A stretch of 64,000 bases of DNA from Chloroflexota bacterium (GTDB lineage Bacteria > Chloroflexota > Anaerolineae > JAAYZQ01). This document shows, piece after piece, positions 48,929-57,970 of this stretch. Numbering within the stretch: the stretch's first letter is position 1; the number at the start of each line of letters is the position of its first letter. The notes beneath the pieces were generated by a model. That model worked only from the letters and a program-made list of their open reading frames with translations. It was not told the DNA's origin and made no database searches. The stretch is taken from positions 50,629 through 114,628 of the forward strand of contig JAGVRI010000005.1 in the NCBI GenBank assembly GCA_018606645.1, given 5' to 3'. A program made the translations under genes and the position numbers.

Positions 48929-50357
48929 GTCGTGGTCCCGTCTCTTGCGACGCGCCACCGAGGTCCTGCGCACCGAGGGTCTGCGGAGTTTTTTCTTCAA
49001 GGTGCTGGGCGAGACGGTGTACCGTCGGGTGGTGGTGGTAGAGCGCGACCTGAGCCAGCCGCCGCCCGTGGTACAGGCCCGCCTGCCGGTAAGTATCGTC
49101 CGACTCTGCGACAGCGAGATAGAAGAATATGTGGCCTTTCGACCAGAGACCGACGCCGCCGAGGTGCGCCGGCGTCTTCAGGCCGGACAGGTCTGCTGGC
49201 TGGTCCGGTATGAGGGGCGCATCGTCCACTCCTGCTGGGTGACCACTGGCCGCGCCTGGATCGAGTACCTGGGCTGGGACGTCGCATTGCCTCCGGACAC
49301 AGCCTACTCGTACGAGTCCTTTACCGCTCCCGAGTTGCGCGGACAGAACCTCGCTGTGGCGCGTTCGGTGGTGATGCAACAGGCGCTCCGCCAGGCTGGA
49401 TATCGGCGGGCGGTGGCGGTTATCATGCCGGAGAACCGGGCCGGCTTTTATCCAGCAGAAAAAGCCGGGTATCGTCGCGTTGGAGTGATGGGCTATCTGC
49501 GGATCGGCCCGTGGCGGTGGACCTTTGGCCGGGATGCCTTCTACCGGCCCATCCGCACCGACGAGCCGGCCTATTGGGATCAGGTGGCGCGGCGAAGCAG
49601 GGAGCGCCCCCCCTACCTCGACCCGTTCCTCGGCGAGCTCAAGCGGCAGGCGCACCTGGCGCTCATTCGCCGCTGGGGTGGCCTGACCGATGCCGGCTGG
49701 GTGATGAAGACGGACCTTTATGAAGAGGCGACCGGCCCCGATGCCTTTCTACCCGACCTGGAGGGAGAGCGACGGCGATTGCTGGGCATCGACCTCTCGC
49801 CGGTCATCGTCCAGGAGGCTCAGCGCCGCCATTCATCCACGGCAGCGCATTATGTGGTGGCCGATGTGCGCCGTTTGCCCCTGGCCGACCGAACGATCGC
49901 CTGCATCGTATCGCCTTCCACCTTGGACCATTTCCCCGACCCCGCCGACCTGGGCCGCAGCCTGAGCGAACTGCGCCGGGTCCTGGCGACCAGCGGCCGG
50001 CTGATCGTGACCGTGGACAATCGGCAGAACATCCTGGACCCGCTGCTGCGCCTGATCGCCCGACTGGGGCGGGCGCCCTATTACCTGGGCCGATCCTATC
50101 GCATCGGCGAGTTGGTTCGCGCGCTGGAGGCAGCGGGGTTAACGGTGCGCGACACGACCGCCATCCTTCACAATCCCCGCCTGATGGCCACGGCGGCGGT
50201 GGCGGTGGCCGACCGACTGCGCTGGCCGCAGTTCCGCAACGTGGTGCAGCGTGCCCTGATCGCAGCTCAGCGGCTGGAAGGGACGCGGTGGCAATACCTG
50301 ACCGGAAGCTTTATCGCCGCACTGGCCATCCGCAGCGCCTCGGCGGAGGAGAGGTGA
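48921..50357 (+). CDS. GNAT-like acyltransferase fused to a class I methyltransferase-like domain
   Basis: N-half FTAPELRGQNLA...N...KAGY. C-half LGIDLS, ADVRRLPL, STLDHF, RVLATSG. Confidence 0.72.
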   Translation: MVRSWSRLLRRATEVLRTEGLRSFFFKVLGETVYRRVVVVERDLSQPPPVVQARLPVSIVRLCDSEIEEYVAFRPETDAAEVRRRLQAGQVCWLVRYEGRIVHSCWVTTGRAWIEYLGWDVALPPDTAYSYESFTAPELRGQNLAVARSVVMQQALRQAGYRRAVAVIMPENRAGFYPAEKAGYRRVGVMGYLRIGPWRWTFGRDAFYRPIRTDEPAYWDQVARRSRERPPYLDPFLGELKRQAHLALIRRWGGLTDAGWVMKTDLYEEATGPDAFLPDLEGERRRLLGIDLSPVIVQEAQRRHSSTAAHYVVADVRRLPLADRTIACIVSPSTLDHFPDPADLGRSLSELRRVLATSGRLIVTVDNRQNILDPLLRLIARLGRAPYYLGRSYRIGELVRALEAAGLTVRDTTAILHNPRLMATAAVAVADRLRWPQFRNVVQRALIAAQRLEGTRWQYLTGSFIAALAIRSASAEER

Positions 50358-53266
50358 TCAAACTCTCGGTCATCATCCCCGTCCATAACGGCGGCGAGGA
50401 TTTTCGACGCTGTCTTGTTGCGCTGGCGGCCTCCTTCCGTCCGCCGGATGAGCTGATTGTGGTGGATGATGGCTCTAGCGATGGTTCGGGCGACGTAGCG
50501 CGACAGTTCGGCGCGCATGTTGTACGGATCGAGGGGGCGCCGCGCGGCCCCGCCTTTGCCCGCAATCGCGGCGCCGAGTGCGCCCACGGCGATCTACTGG
50601 TGTTCCTGGATGCCGACGTGGCCGTCCACCCTGACACCCTGGCGCAGATCGAGCAGTCCTGGAAGGACCACCCGGAACTGGACGCACTGTTCGCCTCGTA
50701 CGACGCCGACCCGCCGGCCCGTGGACTGGCGACGCGCTACAAGAACCTGCTCCACCATTATGTACATCAGCATGGCAGCCGGGAGGCCTCCACTTTCTGG
50801 GCCGGCTGCGGCGCCATCGACCGTCAGGTATTTGCGGCGCTAGGCGGCTTTGACGAACGCTACACTCGGCCGGCGGTTGAGGACATCGAGCTTGGCCTCC
50901 GGCTGAAACGGGCAGGATACCGCGTCGGGCTGTGCCCTGAGATCCAGGTCACGCATCTCAAACGATGGACCCTGGCCAGTCTGATCCGCACCGATATCTG
51001 CAACCGGGCCGTTCCCTGGACGCAGCTCATCCTCCAGCATGGTCACCTCCCGGATGACCTGAACCTGACCATCCGCAGTCGCTGGAGCGCGCTGGCCGCC
51101 TGGGTGGCGGCGATCGGTCTGTTCCTCGGCTTTGGCTGGCCCACGGCCTGGCTCGGTGCCCTGGCCGGCACCGTTGCCTTGATCGCGCTGAACGCTGACC
51201 TGTACCGCTTCTTCTACCAACGGGGAGGACCAGGCTTTGCGGTCGGCGCAACAGGGTTACATGCCCTCTATCTGCTGTACAGCAGTCTGGTGTTTGGCCT
51301 CATGGCGGTCGCCCACGGCCGCGCCGGCCTAGTCAAGTGTTGGCGACGGCTGGCTCCCGCCCGGCGCGCCCTGGTAGGATTGCTGGCGCTGACGCTGGTC
51401 AAGGGATGGTTGTGGAGTATCATCGTCCCGGTCTGGCTGGGCGGCGATGAAGATCAACATTTTGGTTACGTCCAGGAGTTCACCCGTCAGCGCGCCTGGC
51501 CGGTCCAGCCACCAGAGATGGTCCCCCGGGAGAGGGCATTGCTCTGGGAGTTGCTCCGCCCCGTTGCCATCTCGGTGCAACGCGAGCCGTTTGATTTCTC
51601 TCCATCCGGGCTGAGTCAAATCCAGGCGCTGAGGCGCCAACTGGACACGCCGGCGGCGCGCACTGAACTCGTGCCCACCTTCTCGATGCCCTATTTCATC
51701 CGCCAGCATCCGCCCCTGTACTATACCCTGCTGGCCCCCGTCCACCACCTGGGGGTCGAACGCAGCATTCTGGTGCGCATCGCCTGGATGCGGCTTGTTT
51801 CGGTGCTGATGGCAGTGGCGACCGTGGGCTGCGCCTATGGCGCAGCCCACACGCTCTGGCCAGATCGACCGTGGTTTCCCTGCACCGTGGCCACACTGGT
51901 GAGTTTCCATCCCCTGTTCACCTTTTACACGGCGATCATCGGCAACGCAGCGTTGGAAATGCTGGACTGGGCTGCGTTCACGTGGCTGGCCGCTATCATC
52001 GTTCGCCGCGGGATGAATGGACGACGAGGGCTGGCGCTCGGTGGGGTCATGGCCGCCGGGTTGCTGACCCGGAGCAGTTTTCTCGCCGCCTGGCTGTTGT
52101 TCCTGGTCCTAGGGGGATGGGATATCCTGCGGGCGAAAGGGCGCTTCCATTGGCAAGGGTGGGCGGCGGCGATAGGAACGCCGGTGTTGCTGGCCGGGTG
52201 GTGGTACCTGGACTTGATATCCACTGGCGGCGGCGAGATGGTCGAACTCTACCGTTCCTCGGACGCATCCGTAACGGCGGTGCCGCTACTGCCCTACTTG
52301 CGCACCTACCCCTGGCTGACCCGCTATCGGCCGCTCTTGCGCGAATGGTGGGGGGCCTTTGGCTTCCGGGATACCTACTATCCCCTTCCCATGTACGGCC
52401 TCCTGGAGTTGCTGACGGGGCTGGCCCTCGTGGGTTGGGGGTGGTTGGGTCTGCGGCTGCTGCAGCGCAAGAGGGTGAGCAGCGGCGACCGGTGGATGCT
52501 GGCCATCGGCGTCATTTCGACGGTGGGCCTGATCGCCTTTTACACGGCGCTGGACTACCGGATGGCCCAGAGCGGGAGTTGGTTCAAGATCCAAGGGCGT
52601 TACTATCTCGCACCCGTCATAGCCCAGATGGCCGCCCTGGCCGTGGGCTGGCGGGCCTGGGGGCGCCGGTGGATGGTGCTGGCGATGTGTGTAGGCATGA
52701 TCGGGCTGAACAGCTACGCCCTGGCGGGCGTGATCGCGCCGCGCTACTATGGTGAGCAGATCGTGGTGCGCTATGAGCCGACCGGGGACCCAGCGTCGCT
52801 TGTCCCCGGGTTGACCGTTTCCCGGACTTTTGAGTTGGAAGGGAAGGGCTTGTCGCGCCTGGATATCTGGTTGAGCCGGGAAAAAGAAGCCGCGCCGGAG
52901 GCAACGGTGATCGTGGTAGAAAACGGGCAGGAGGTCGTTCGCCTGTCCATCGCGGCATCGCAGATGACGGCTCCCTACCCCACTGTGCTGCGCTTCCGAC
53001 CTCAGCCAGAAGGGAGCCATCGGTACACAGTGGAGGTGCGTGGCAGTGGGACGAAAGTAGCTCGATCTGAAGACGGGCAGTTGGCGCTCAAAGCCTACTA
53101 CCAGGTTCCCCCTCTGGAGATGCTGACACGAATGACGATCATCCAGCCGGCCGGTTACACCGTCGGCCTGATCGTGGTGCTGGGCAGCCTCTACCTGTTG
53201 GGGTTGGCAGCGTGGCTCTGGGCCTTTCTGGCTGGTGGCCTCTTGCAGAGGCGATCCGATGGATAG
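50354..53266 (+). CDS. GT2 glycosyltransferase fused to a multi-TM GT-C (ArnT/PMT-like) domain and an extracellular domain
   Basis: SVIIPVHN, VVDDGSSD, FLDAD, EDIEL; then GGDEDQH, QHPPLYY and QGRYY with many TM helices; GTG start. Confidence 0.82.
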   Translation: MIKLSVIIPVHNGGEDFRRCLVALAASFRPPDELIVVDDGSSDGSGDVARQFGAHVVRIEGAPRGPAFARNRGAECAHGDLLVFLDADVAVHPDTLAQIEQSWKDHPELDALFASYDADPPARGLATRYKNLLHHYVHQHGSREASTFWAGCGAIDRQVFAALGGFDERYTRPAVEDIELGLRLKRAGYRVGLCPEIQVTHLKRWTLASLIRTDICNRAVPWTQLILQHGHLPDDLNLTIRSRWSALAAWVAAIGLFLGFGWPTAWLGALAGTVALIALNADLYRFFYQRGGPGFAVGATGLHALYLLYSSLVFGLMAVAHGRAGLVKCWRRLAPARRALVGLLALTLVKGWLWSIIVPVWLGGDEDQHFGYVQEFTRQRAWPVQPPEMVPRERALLWELLRPVAISVQREPFDFSPSGLSQIQALRRQLDTPAARTELVPTFSMPYFIRQHPPLYYTLLAPVHHLGVERSILVRIAWMRLVSVLMAVATVGCAYGAAHTLWPDRPWFPCTVATLVSFHPLFTFYTAIIGNAALEMLDWAAFTWLAAIIVRRGMNGRRGLALGGVMAAGLLTRSSFLAAWLLFLVLGGWDILRAKGRFHWQGWAAAIGTPVLLAGWWYLDLISTGGGEMVELYRSSDASVTAVPLLPYLRTYPWLTRYRPLLREWWGAFGFRDTYYPLPMYGLLELLTGLALVGWGWLGLRLLQRKRVSSGDRWMLAIGVISTVGLIAFYTALDYRMAQSGSWFKIQGRYYLAPVIAQMAALAVGWRAWGRRWMVLAMCVGMIGLNSYALAGVIAPRYYGEQIVVRYEPTGDPASLVPGLTVSRTFELEGKGLSRLDIWLSREKEAAPEATVIVVENGQEVVRLSIAASQMTAPYPTVLRFRPQPEGSHRYTVEVRGSGTKVARSEDGQLALKAYYQVPPLEMLTRMTIIQPAGYTVGLIVVLGSLYLLGLAAWLWAFLAGGLLQRRSDG

Positions 53267-53302
53267 GGCGTGGGGGTCCCCCGGATGGACTCTCCCACGA
53301 TC

Positions 53303-53362
53303 GGTTCACTTTTCAACTGGAAACCGTTCGTTTTTCAGCCGGAAATGGTTCACTTTTCAACT
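53303..53362. repeat. 22-bp tandem repeat, about 2.7 copies
   Basis: GGTTCACTTTTCAACTGGAAAC / CGTTCGTTTTTCAGCCGGAAAT / GGTTCACTTTTCAACT. Confidence 0.75.
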
Positions 53363-53389
53363 TTTAACGACAATAACCACAAATGAGTC

Positions 53390-53436
53390 TTGACAAACGT
53401 TTGTCTTTGTGCTATACTGGAAGACAAACGTTTGTA
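53390..53436 (+). promoter_or_regulatory. Sigma70 promoter with two LacI-type operators
   Basis: TTGACA (53390)-17nt-TATACT (53413); palindromes GACAAACGTTTGTC (53392-53405) and GACAAACGTTTGTA (53423-53436). Confidence 0.88.
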
Positions 53437-53459
53437 TTCGCCGTGGAGAAGGGAAGCCA

Positions 53460-54458
53460 ATGGCGGTTACCATTAAGGACATCGCCCGGGTGGCCGGCGT
53501 TTCCTATGGCACCGTATCACGGGCCCTGAACGACAGCCCGCGGGTCAAACCGGAGACCAGGACTCGCATCCAACGGCTCGCTCAGGAGATGGGCTACGAA
53601 CCCAGCGCCCTGGGCCGCGGTCTGGCCACCCGACGTAGCAAGTCCCTGGGTGTGGCCGTCCTGGATATCACCGATCCCTTTATCGCTGAACTGGTGCGCG
53701 CGATCGATCGGGTGGCCCTCGACCATGGTTACAGCCTGATCCTATCCCACTGCGGCGGGGATCCTGAACGGGAGTTGGCCGCCATTCGTCTCTTACGCCA
53801 GCGGCGCGCCGATGCGATCATCGTCCCCGATCCGCGTGTCGCTGACTCACTTCTCCTTCGGGAGCCAGGTGATGCACCGGTCGTGCTGATCAACCGCCGC
53901 ACTTATCAATACTCGGTTAGTACCGATAACCAGGCCGCTGCCCGGGAGGCGGTGCGCCATCTGCTCTCCCTGGGACACACCCGCATTGCCTATATCGGAA
54001 GCCGCCTCAACCTGACTGAGAATCCAGAACGGCTGGCTGGCTACCAGCAGGCGCTGGCCGAGGCAGGCCTGGTACCGCCGGCCGAATACCTTGTTGAGGC
54101 GGACGGCTGGCCGGAGGGAGGCCAGCGGGCGATGCGCCGCCTGTTGGCGCTGCCGCACCCGCCCAGTGCCGTCTTCTGCTTCAATGACCTGACTGCCCTG
54201 GGGGCCATCGAGGCCATTCGCAGTGCCGGACTCAAGGTCCCCGAAGACCTGTCGGTGGCGGGTTTTGATGACATCTATCTGGCACGTTACAGCTCCCCGC
54301 CCCTGACTACGGTAACTCAACAGAGCGATCGGATGGCCCGTCTGGCCGTCGAGATGGCGCTGGCCCTGATTGAAGGCACCCCACTGCCGACCCAGACGAC
54401 CCTGCCGGGGCGATTGGTGGTCCGTCAATCCACAGCCCCGCCCAGAAAGGAACCATGA
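53460..54458 (+). CDS. LacI-family transcriptional regulator
   Basis: TIKDIARVAGVSYGTVSRALN HTH, FCFND, GFDD, PPLTTV. Confidence 0.95.
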   Translation: MAVTIKDIARVAGVSYGTVSRALNDSPRVKPETRTRIQRLAQEMGYEPSALGRGLATRRSKSLGVAVLDITDPFIAELVRAIDRVALDHGYSLILSHCGGDPERELAAIRLLRQRRADAIIVPDPRVADSLLLREPGDAPVVLINRRTYQYSVSTDNQAAAREAVRHLLSLGHTRIAYIGSRLNLTENPERLAGYQQALAEAGLVPPAEYLVEADGWPEGGQRAMRRLLALPHPPSAVFCFNDLTALGAIEAIRSAGLKVPEDLSVAGFDDIYLARYSSPPLTTVTQQSDRMARLAVEMALALIEGTPLPTQTTLPGRLVVRQSTAPPRKEP

Positions 54459-54478
54459 TTCTGTTAAAGGAGTCCAAG

Positions 54479-55309
54479 ATGCTCATTGGATGGAACGGAG
54501 AGACCTTACCGGCATTGCCTCTGGAAGAGGAGATCATCATCGCCGCGGAGGCTGGTTATGACGGACTGGAACTGTTCATTCCCAAGCTGGCGCCGTTCCT
54601 GGCGCGCCACACGCCGGATGAACTGGCGCGGCGCTTGCAGGAAAGCAGGCTTCGCCCTCTGACCTTGAACGGCATCGAGAACATCAACCTGCGCACCGCA
54701 GAAGCGTTTGCTGAGCTGAAAGCAGAGTGCCGCCGGCTGGCCGATCTGGCACAACAAATCGGCTGTCCATGCATCGTCGTCGTACCCAGTCCCCGGCCGG
54801 CCGGAATGTCATGGCCTGAGGTGCGTGACCAGACCGTCCGCGCGCTGCAAGAACTGGCCGACGTGAGCGCTCCGCAAGGCGTGCAGCTTGCCTTCGAGTT
54901 TCTGGCGCCGGCCAACTGTTCCGTGCGCACCCTGGCCGAGGCATGGGACATCGTCCAGGCCACCGGTCGGCAGGAGGTGGGGTTGGTGCTCGACACCTAC
55001 CACTTTATCGTCGGCGGTTCCCGGTGGGAGTCGCTCGATGAGATCGATATGGATCGACTGCTGATCGTGCACATCAACGATGTAGAGGACCGGCCTCTGG
55101 AAACGTTGACCGACGCCGACCGTCTGCTGCCCGGTGAGGGCATCCTGCCGTTGACCCAGCTTCTCTCTCGCCTTCAGGCGCGCGGCTATGACCGGGCGTA
55201 CTCGTTGGAAGTGATGCGACCCGCCTATCGGGAACGCGATCCGCGCGAGTACGCCCGGGCCGGGCATGAGGCGATTACGGCAGTGCTGAAACGGGCTTCT
55301 CTGGCGTGA
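54479..55309 (+). CDS. Sugar phosphate isomerase/epimerase (IolI/IolE-like TIM barrel)
   Basis: AGYDGLEL, LAFEFL, LDTYH, VHIND, RLLPGEG, SLEV; SD AAGGAG before ATG 54479. Confidence 0.88.
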   Translation: MLIGWNGETLPALPLEEEIIIAAEAGYDGLELFIPKLAPFLARHTPDELARRLQESRLRPLTLNGIENINLRTAEAFAELKAECRRLADLAQQIGCPCIVVVPSPRPAGMSWPEVRDQTVRALQELADVSAPQGVQLAFEFLAPANCSVRTLAEAWDIVQATGRQEVGLVLDTYHFIVGGSRWESLDEIDMDRLLIVHINDVEDRPLETLTDADRLLPGEGILPLTQLLSRLQARGYDRAYSLEVMRPAYRERDPREYARAGHEAITAVLKRASLA

Positions 55310-55487
55310 TCCAAAAGGCTGGGAGCCATGGGGGTTCTCGCTCGTTTGTCCGCATTCGGACATGGCTCGCCTGGAAGAGACGTCTGCTTTGGTGGAAAGG
55401 GGGTGAGATGCGAATCCATCGGTTTCTGGTCAAGCCCAAGGGTGGTGACCACCACCCACTTGTCTATTTCTAGGGAGGAGGTGGAAT

Positions 55488-56867
55488 ATGTCAGCGTCCA
55501 AAAAGAACGATATCAGCCGGCGTGACTTCCTGCGCCTGAGTGTGGTGGCAGCAGGGGGAAGCCTGTTGGCTACTCAGTGTCGTCCCGCCTCGCCGACCGC
55601 TCCGCCGGCGGTTGCTACCCAGTCGGCAGCTCCCTCAGCGCCAGCGGCCAAAGCCAAGGTGGTAATCGCCGCCGGGGCCGATGCCTCGACCGAGCCAATG
55701 CGCGACATGATCAATTCGGGCATGGCCGAACAGGCGTTGGGCTTTCCGGTAGAGTGGGTCGAGTTGCCGTACACCACCCTCTACGAAAAACTGGTCCAGG
55801 TTGGTTCGAGCAAGGGATCCGATTTTGACCTGTATATGATGGACGATCCCTGGGTCCCGCAGTTTGCCGGCGGCGGGTTTCTCATGAACATGACCAAGAT
55901 GGGCTATACCCCGGGACCGGGATTCATCGAAAAGACCCTCGATCTGGGTTGGTGGCCGCCCAAGACCGGTCCCCGTGTGCCAGGCATCGGCGCCGATGTC
56001 CAGCCAGAACTCTACGTCCTGCCGATCATTGGCGACTGCCAGATCTTCTTCTATCGGAAGGACCTGCTGGAGGAGGCGGGCATTGCTCCTCCAGAGACCT
56101 GGGATGACATTATCCAGATCGGAGAGAAGCTGGCCAAGCCAGAGCAAGGACTATATCTCCTGGCCGCCCGAGGCGTGCGTGGCAACCCGGTCGTCACCGA
56201 GTGGTTCCCGTACCTCTATTCTCATGGGGGCGAGATCTTTGACGAAAAATGGAATATTACCTTCCATCAGCAAGCGGGGATCGATGCCCTGCAACTCTTT
56301 GTGGACCTGCTGAAATGGGAACCGCCGGGTGTGGCGACCTACGATTCGGACGAGCAGGGAGCCTGCTACCTGCAGGGCAACTGCATCACCAACATCGAGT
56401 GGACGGGCTGGATCAGCCAGGCCGAAAACCCGGAAAAATCCAAGGTGGTCGGTTTGACCGGCTGGACCACCACGCCGAAAAAGGTGCGCAGCGCCTCCCA
56501 GATCGGCAACTGGGTGATGGGCATCGGCGCTGGCTCCAAGAACCCCGATGGAGCGCTCAAATTCCTGGACTGGTTCCTGCGGGATGACGTACAGATCGAA
56601 CTGGCCAAGCGCAAAGGGGTGCCGGTCAAGCAGGCTCCCTATCAGGACAAGGACCTCCAGGCCCAATTCCCGTGGCTGCCCACCATTCTCCACGCCCTGG
56701 AGAATTCGGTGTGGCGGCCGCGCACGCCAGAATGGCCCAAAGTGGAGGATATCCTGGGCCTGCACCTGAACATGGCCTTGACTGGACAGGAAGGAGTGCA
56801 GGAGGCCCTAAACAACGCGGCCAAAGAAGCGACCGATTACCTGAAGAGCGTCGGCTACTACAGCTAG
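55488..56867 (+). CDS. Sugar ABC substrate-binding protein (family 1), Tat-exported
   Basis: SRRDFLR motif, Ala/Pro linker, FFYRKDL..AG..PPETWDD. Confidence 0.9.
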   Translation: MSASKKNDISRRDFLRLSVVAAGGSLLATQCRPASPTAPPAVATQSAAPSAPAAKAKVVIAAGADASTEPMRDMINSGMAEQALGFPVEWVELPYTTLYEKLVQVGSSKGSDFDLYMMDDPWVPQFAGGGFLMNMTKMGYTPGPGFIEKTLDLGWWPPKTGPRVPGIGADVQPELYVLPIIGDCQIFFYRKDLLEEAGIAPPETWDDIIQIGEKLAKPEQGLYLLAARGVRGNPVVTEWFPYLYSHGGEIFDEKWNITFHQQAGIDALQLFVDLLKWEPPGVATYDSDEQGACYLQGNCITNIEWTGWISQAENPEKSKVVGLTGWTTTPKKVRSASQIGNWVMGIGAGSKNPDGALKFLDWFLRDDVQIELAKRKGVPVKQAPYQDKDLQAQFPWLPTILHALENSVWRPRTPEWPKVEDILGLHLNMALTGQEGVQEALNNAAKEATDYLKSVGYYS

Positions 56868-56892
56868 CTACCCACCGGCCGCCCCGGAGGAA

Positions 56893-56927
56893 AGGGAGGA
56901 GCCAGCCGAGATGATCGGCTCCTCCCT
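56893..56927 (+). terminator. Stem-loop downstream of the sugar SBP
   Basis: Perfect 11-bp inverted repeat AGGGAGGAGCC/GGCTCCTCCCT; no U-tract. Confidence 0.55.
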
Positions 56928-56997
56928 CTCCCTGGAATGGGCGCCGAGCCCGTCAGAACCATACGCTGTATCGGCAGGTTATCTCGGAGGGCAATTG

Positions 56998-57957
56998 ATG
57001 CGCGTATCGCTTGGATCAGGAAGGCCGAGGCCATCTCGGCGCGAGCCCCCCATCAGGCCACTGTGGAGCGGCTGGGGGGCTCGCCTGGGGGAGGACCGGG
57101 CGTTGCGTTATCTCCTGCTAGCCCCCACCGTGCTGCTGTTGCTGGCGTTTACCCTCTACCCCTATCTCTACGCCCTGCGCATTAGCTTCTACGCCTTCCA
57201 ATATGGGCGGCCGACCGTGTTCATCGGCCTGACCAACTATGAGCGGATGCTCGCCGACCAGACCTTTTGGCAGTCGATGGCCCGCACGTTACTCTTTTCG
57301 CTGGTCGTCGTTCTGGTGGAACTGGTCCTTGGTCTGGTGCTGGCCCTGTTGGCGAATCGAGAGATCCGGTTCCGCGGTGCCATCCGTACGGCGCTGATGC
57401 AGCCGATGGTCCTGGCGCCAGTGGTAGTGGCGATTGTCTGGCGGCTGCTCTACAATCAGGAATCGGGCCTGCTCAACTATATTTTGGATAATATTCTTCA
57501 TCTGGGGCGAGCGAGCTGGCTGGGCGACCCCAAACTGGCTTTTTTGTCGATTGTCATCCTCGACGTCTGGCAGTGGACGCCGTTCATGTTCCTGGTGCTG
57601 CTCGCCGGTCTGCAGTCGATCCCGGTCGAGCTGTACGAGGCTGCCCATGTAGACGGCGCGACCGGTCTTCAGGTGTTGGGCTATATCACCCTGCCGCTGT
57701 TGAATCCTACTATCCTGGTCGGCCTCCTGGTGCGTACTGTGGATGCGCTGCGCATGTTCGATCAAGTGTTCTTGCTGACCCAGGGAGGACCCGGAACCAC
57801 TACCGAGTTCATCAGTCTCTTTCTCTACAAAACAGCCTTCAAATTCTCGCAAATGGGCTATGCATCGGCGTTGCTCCTGGTCCTGTTTGTCGTGACAATC
57901 GTGATTGCTTTGTTCTACATCCGGCTCCTGGGTCGGAGTGGGACGGTCGAGCGCTAG
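56998..57957 (+). CDS. Carbohydrate ABC permease (MalF-like)
   Basis: FIGLTNY, WQWTPF, LQSIPVELYEAAHVDGA, TQGGPG. Confidence 0.92.
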   Translation: MRVSLGSGRPRPSRREPPIRPLWSGWGARLGEDRALRYLLLAPTVLLLLAFTLYPYLYALRISFYAFQYGRPTVFIGLTNYERMLADQTFWQSMARTLLFSLVVVLVELVLGLVLALLANREIRFRGAIRTALMQPMVLAPVVVAIVWRLLYNQESGLLNYILDNILHLGRASWLGDPKLAFLSIVILDVWQWTPFMFLVLLAGLQSIPVELYEAAHVDGATGLQVLGYITLPLLNPTILVGLLVRTVDALRMFDQVFLLTQGGPGTTTEFISLFLYKTAFKFSQMGYASALLLVLFVVTIVIALFYIRLLGRSGTVER

Positions 57958-57970
57958 GGAGAGCAGAGGC

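Noticed and set aside
53303..53362. Mini-CRISPR interpretation of the repeat
   Set aside because: Tandem units without unique spacers, and no cas genes
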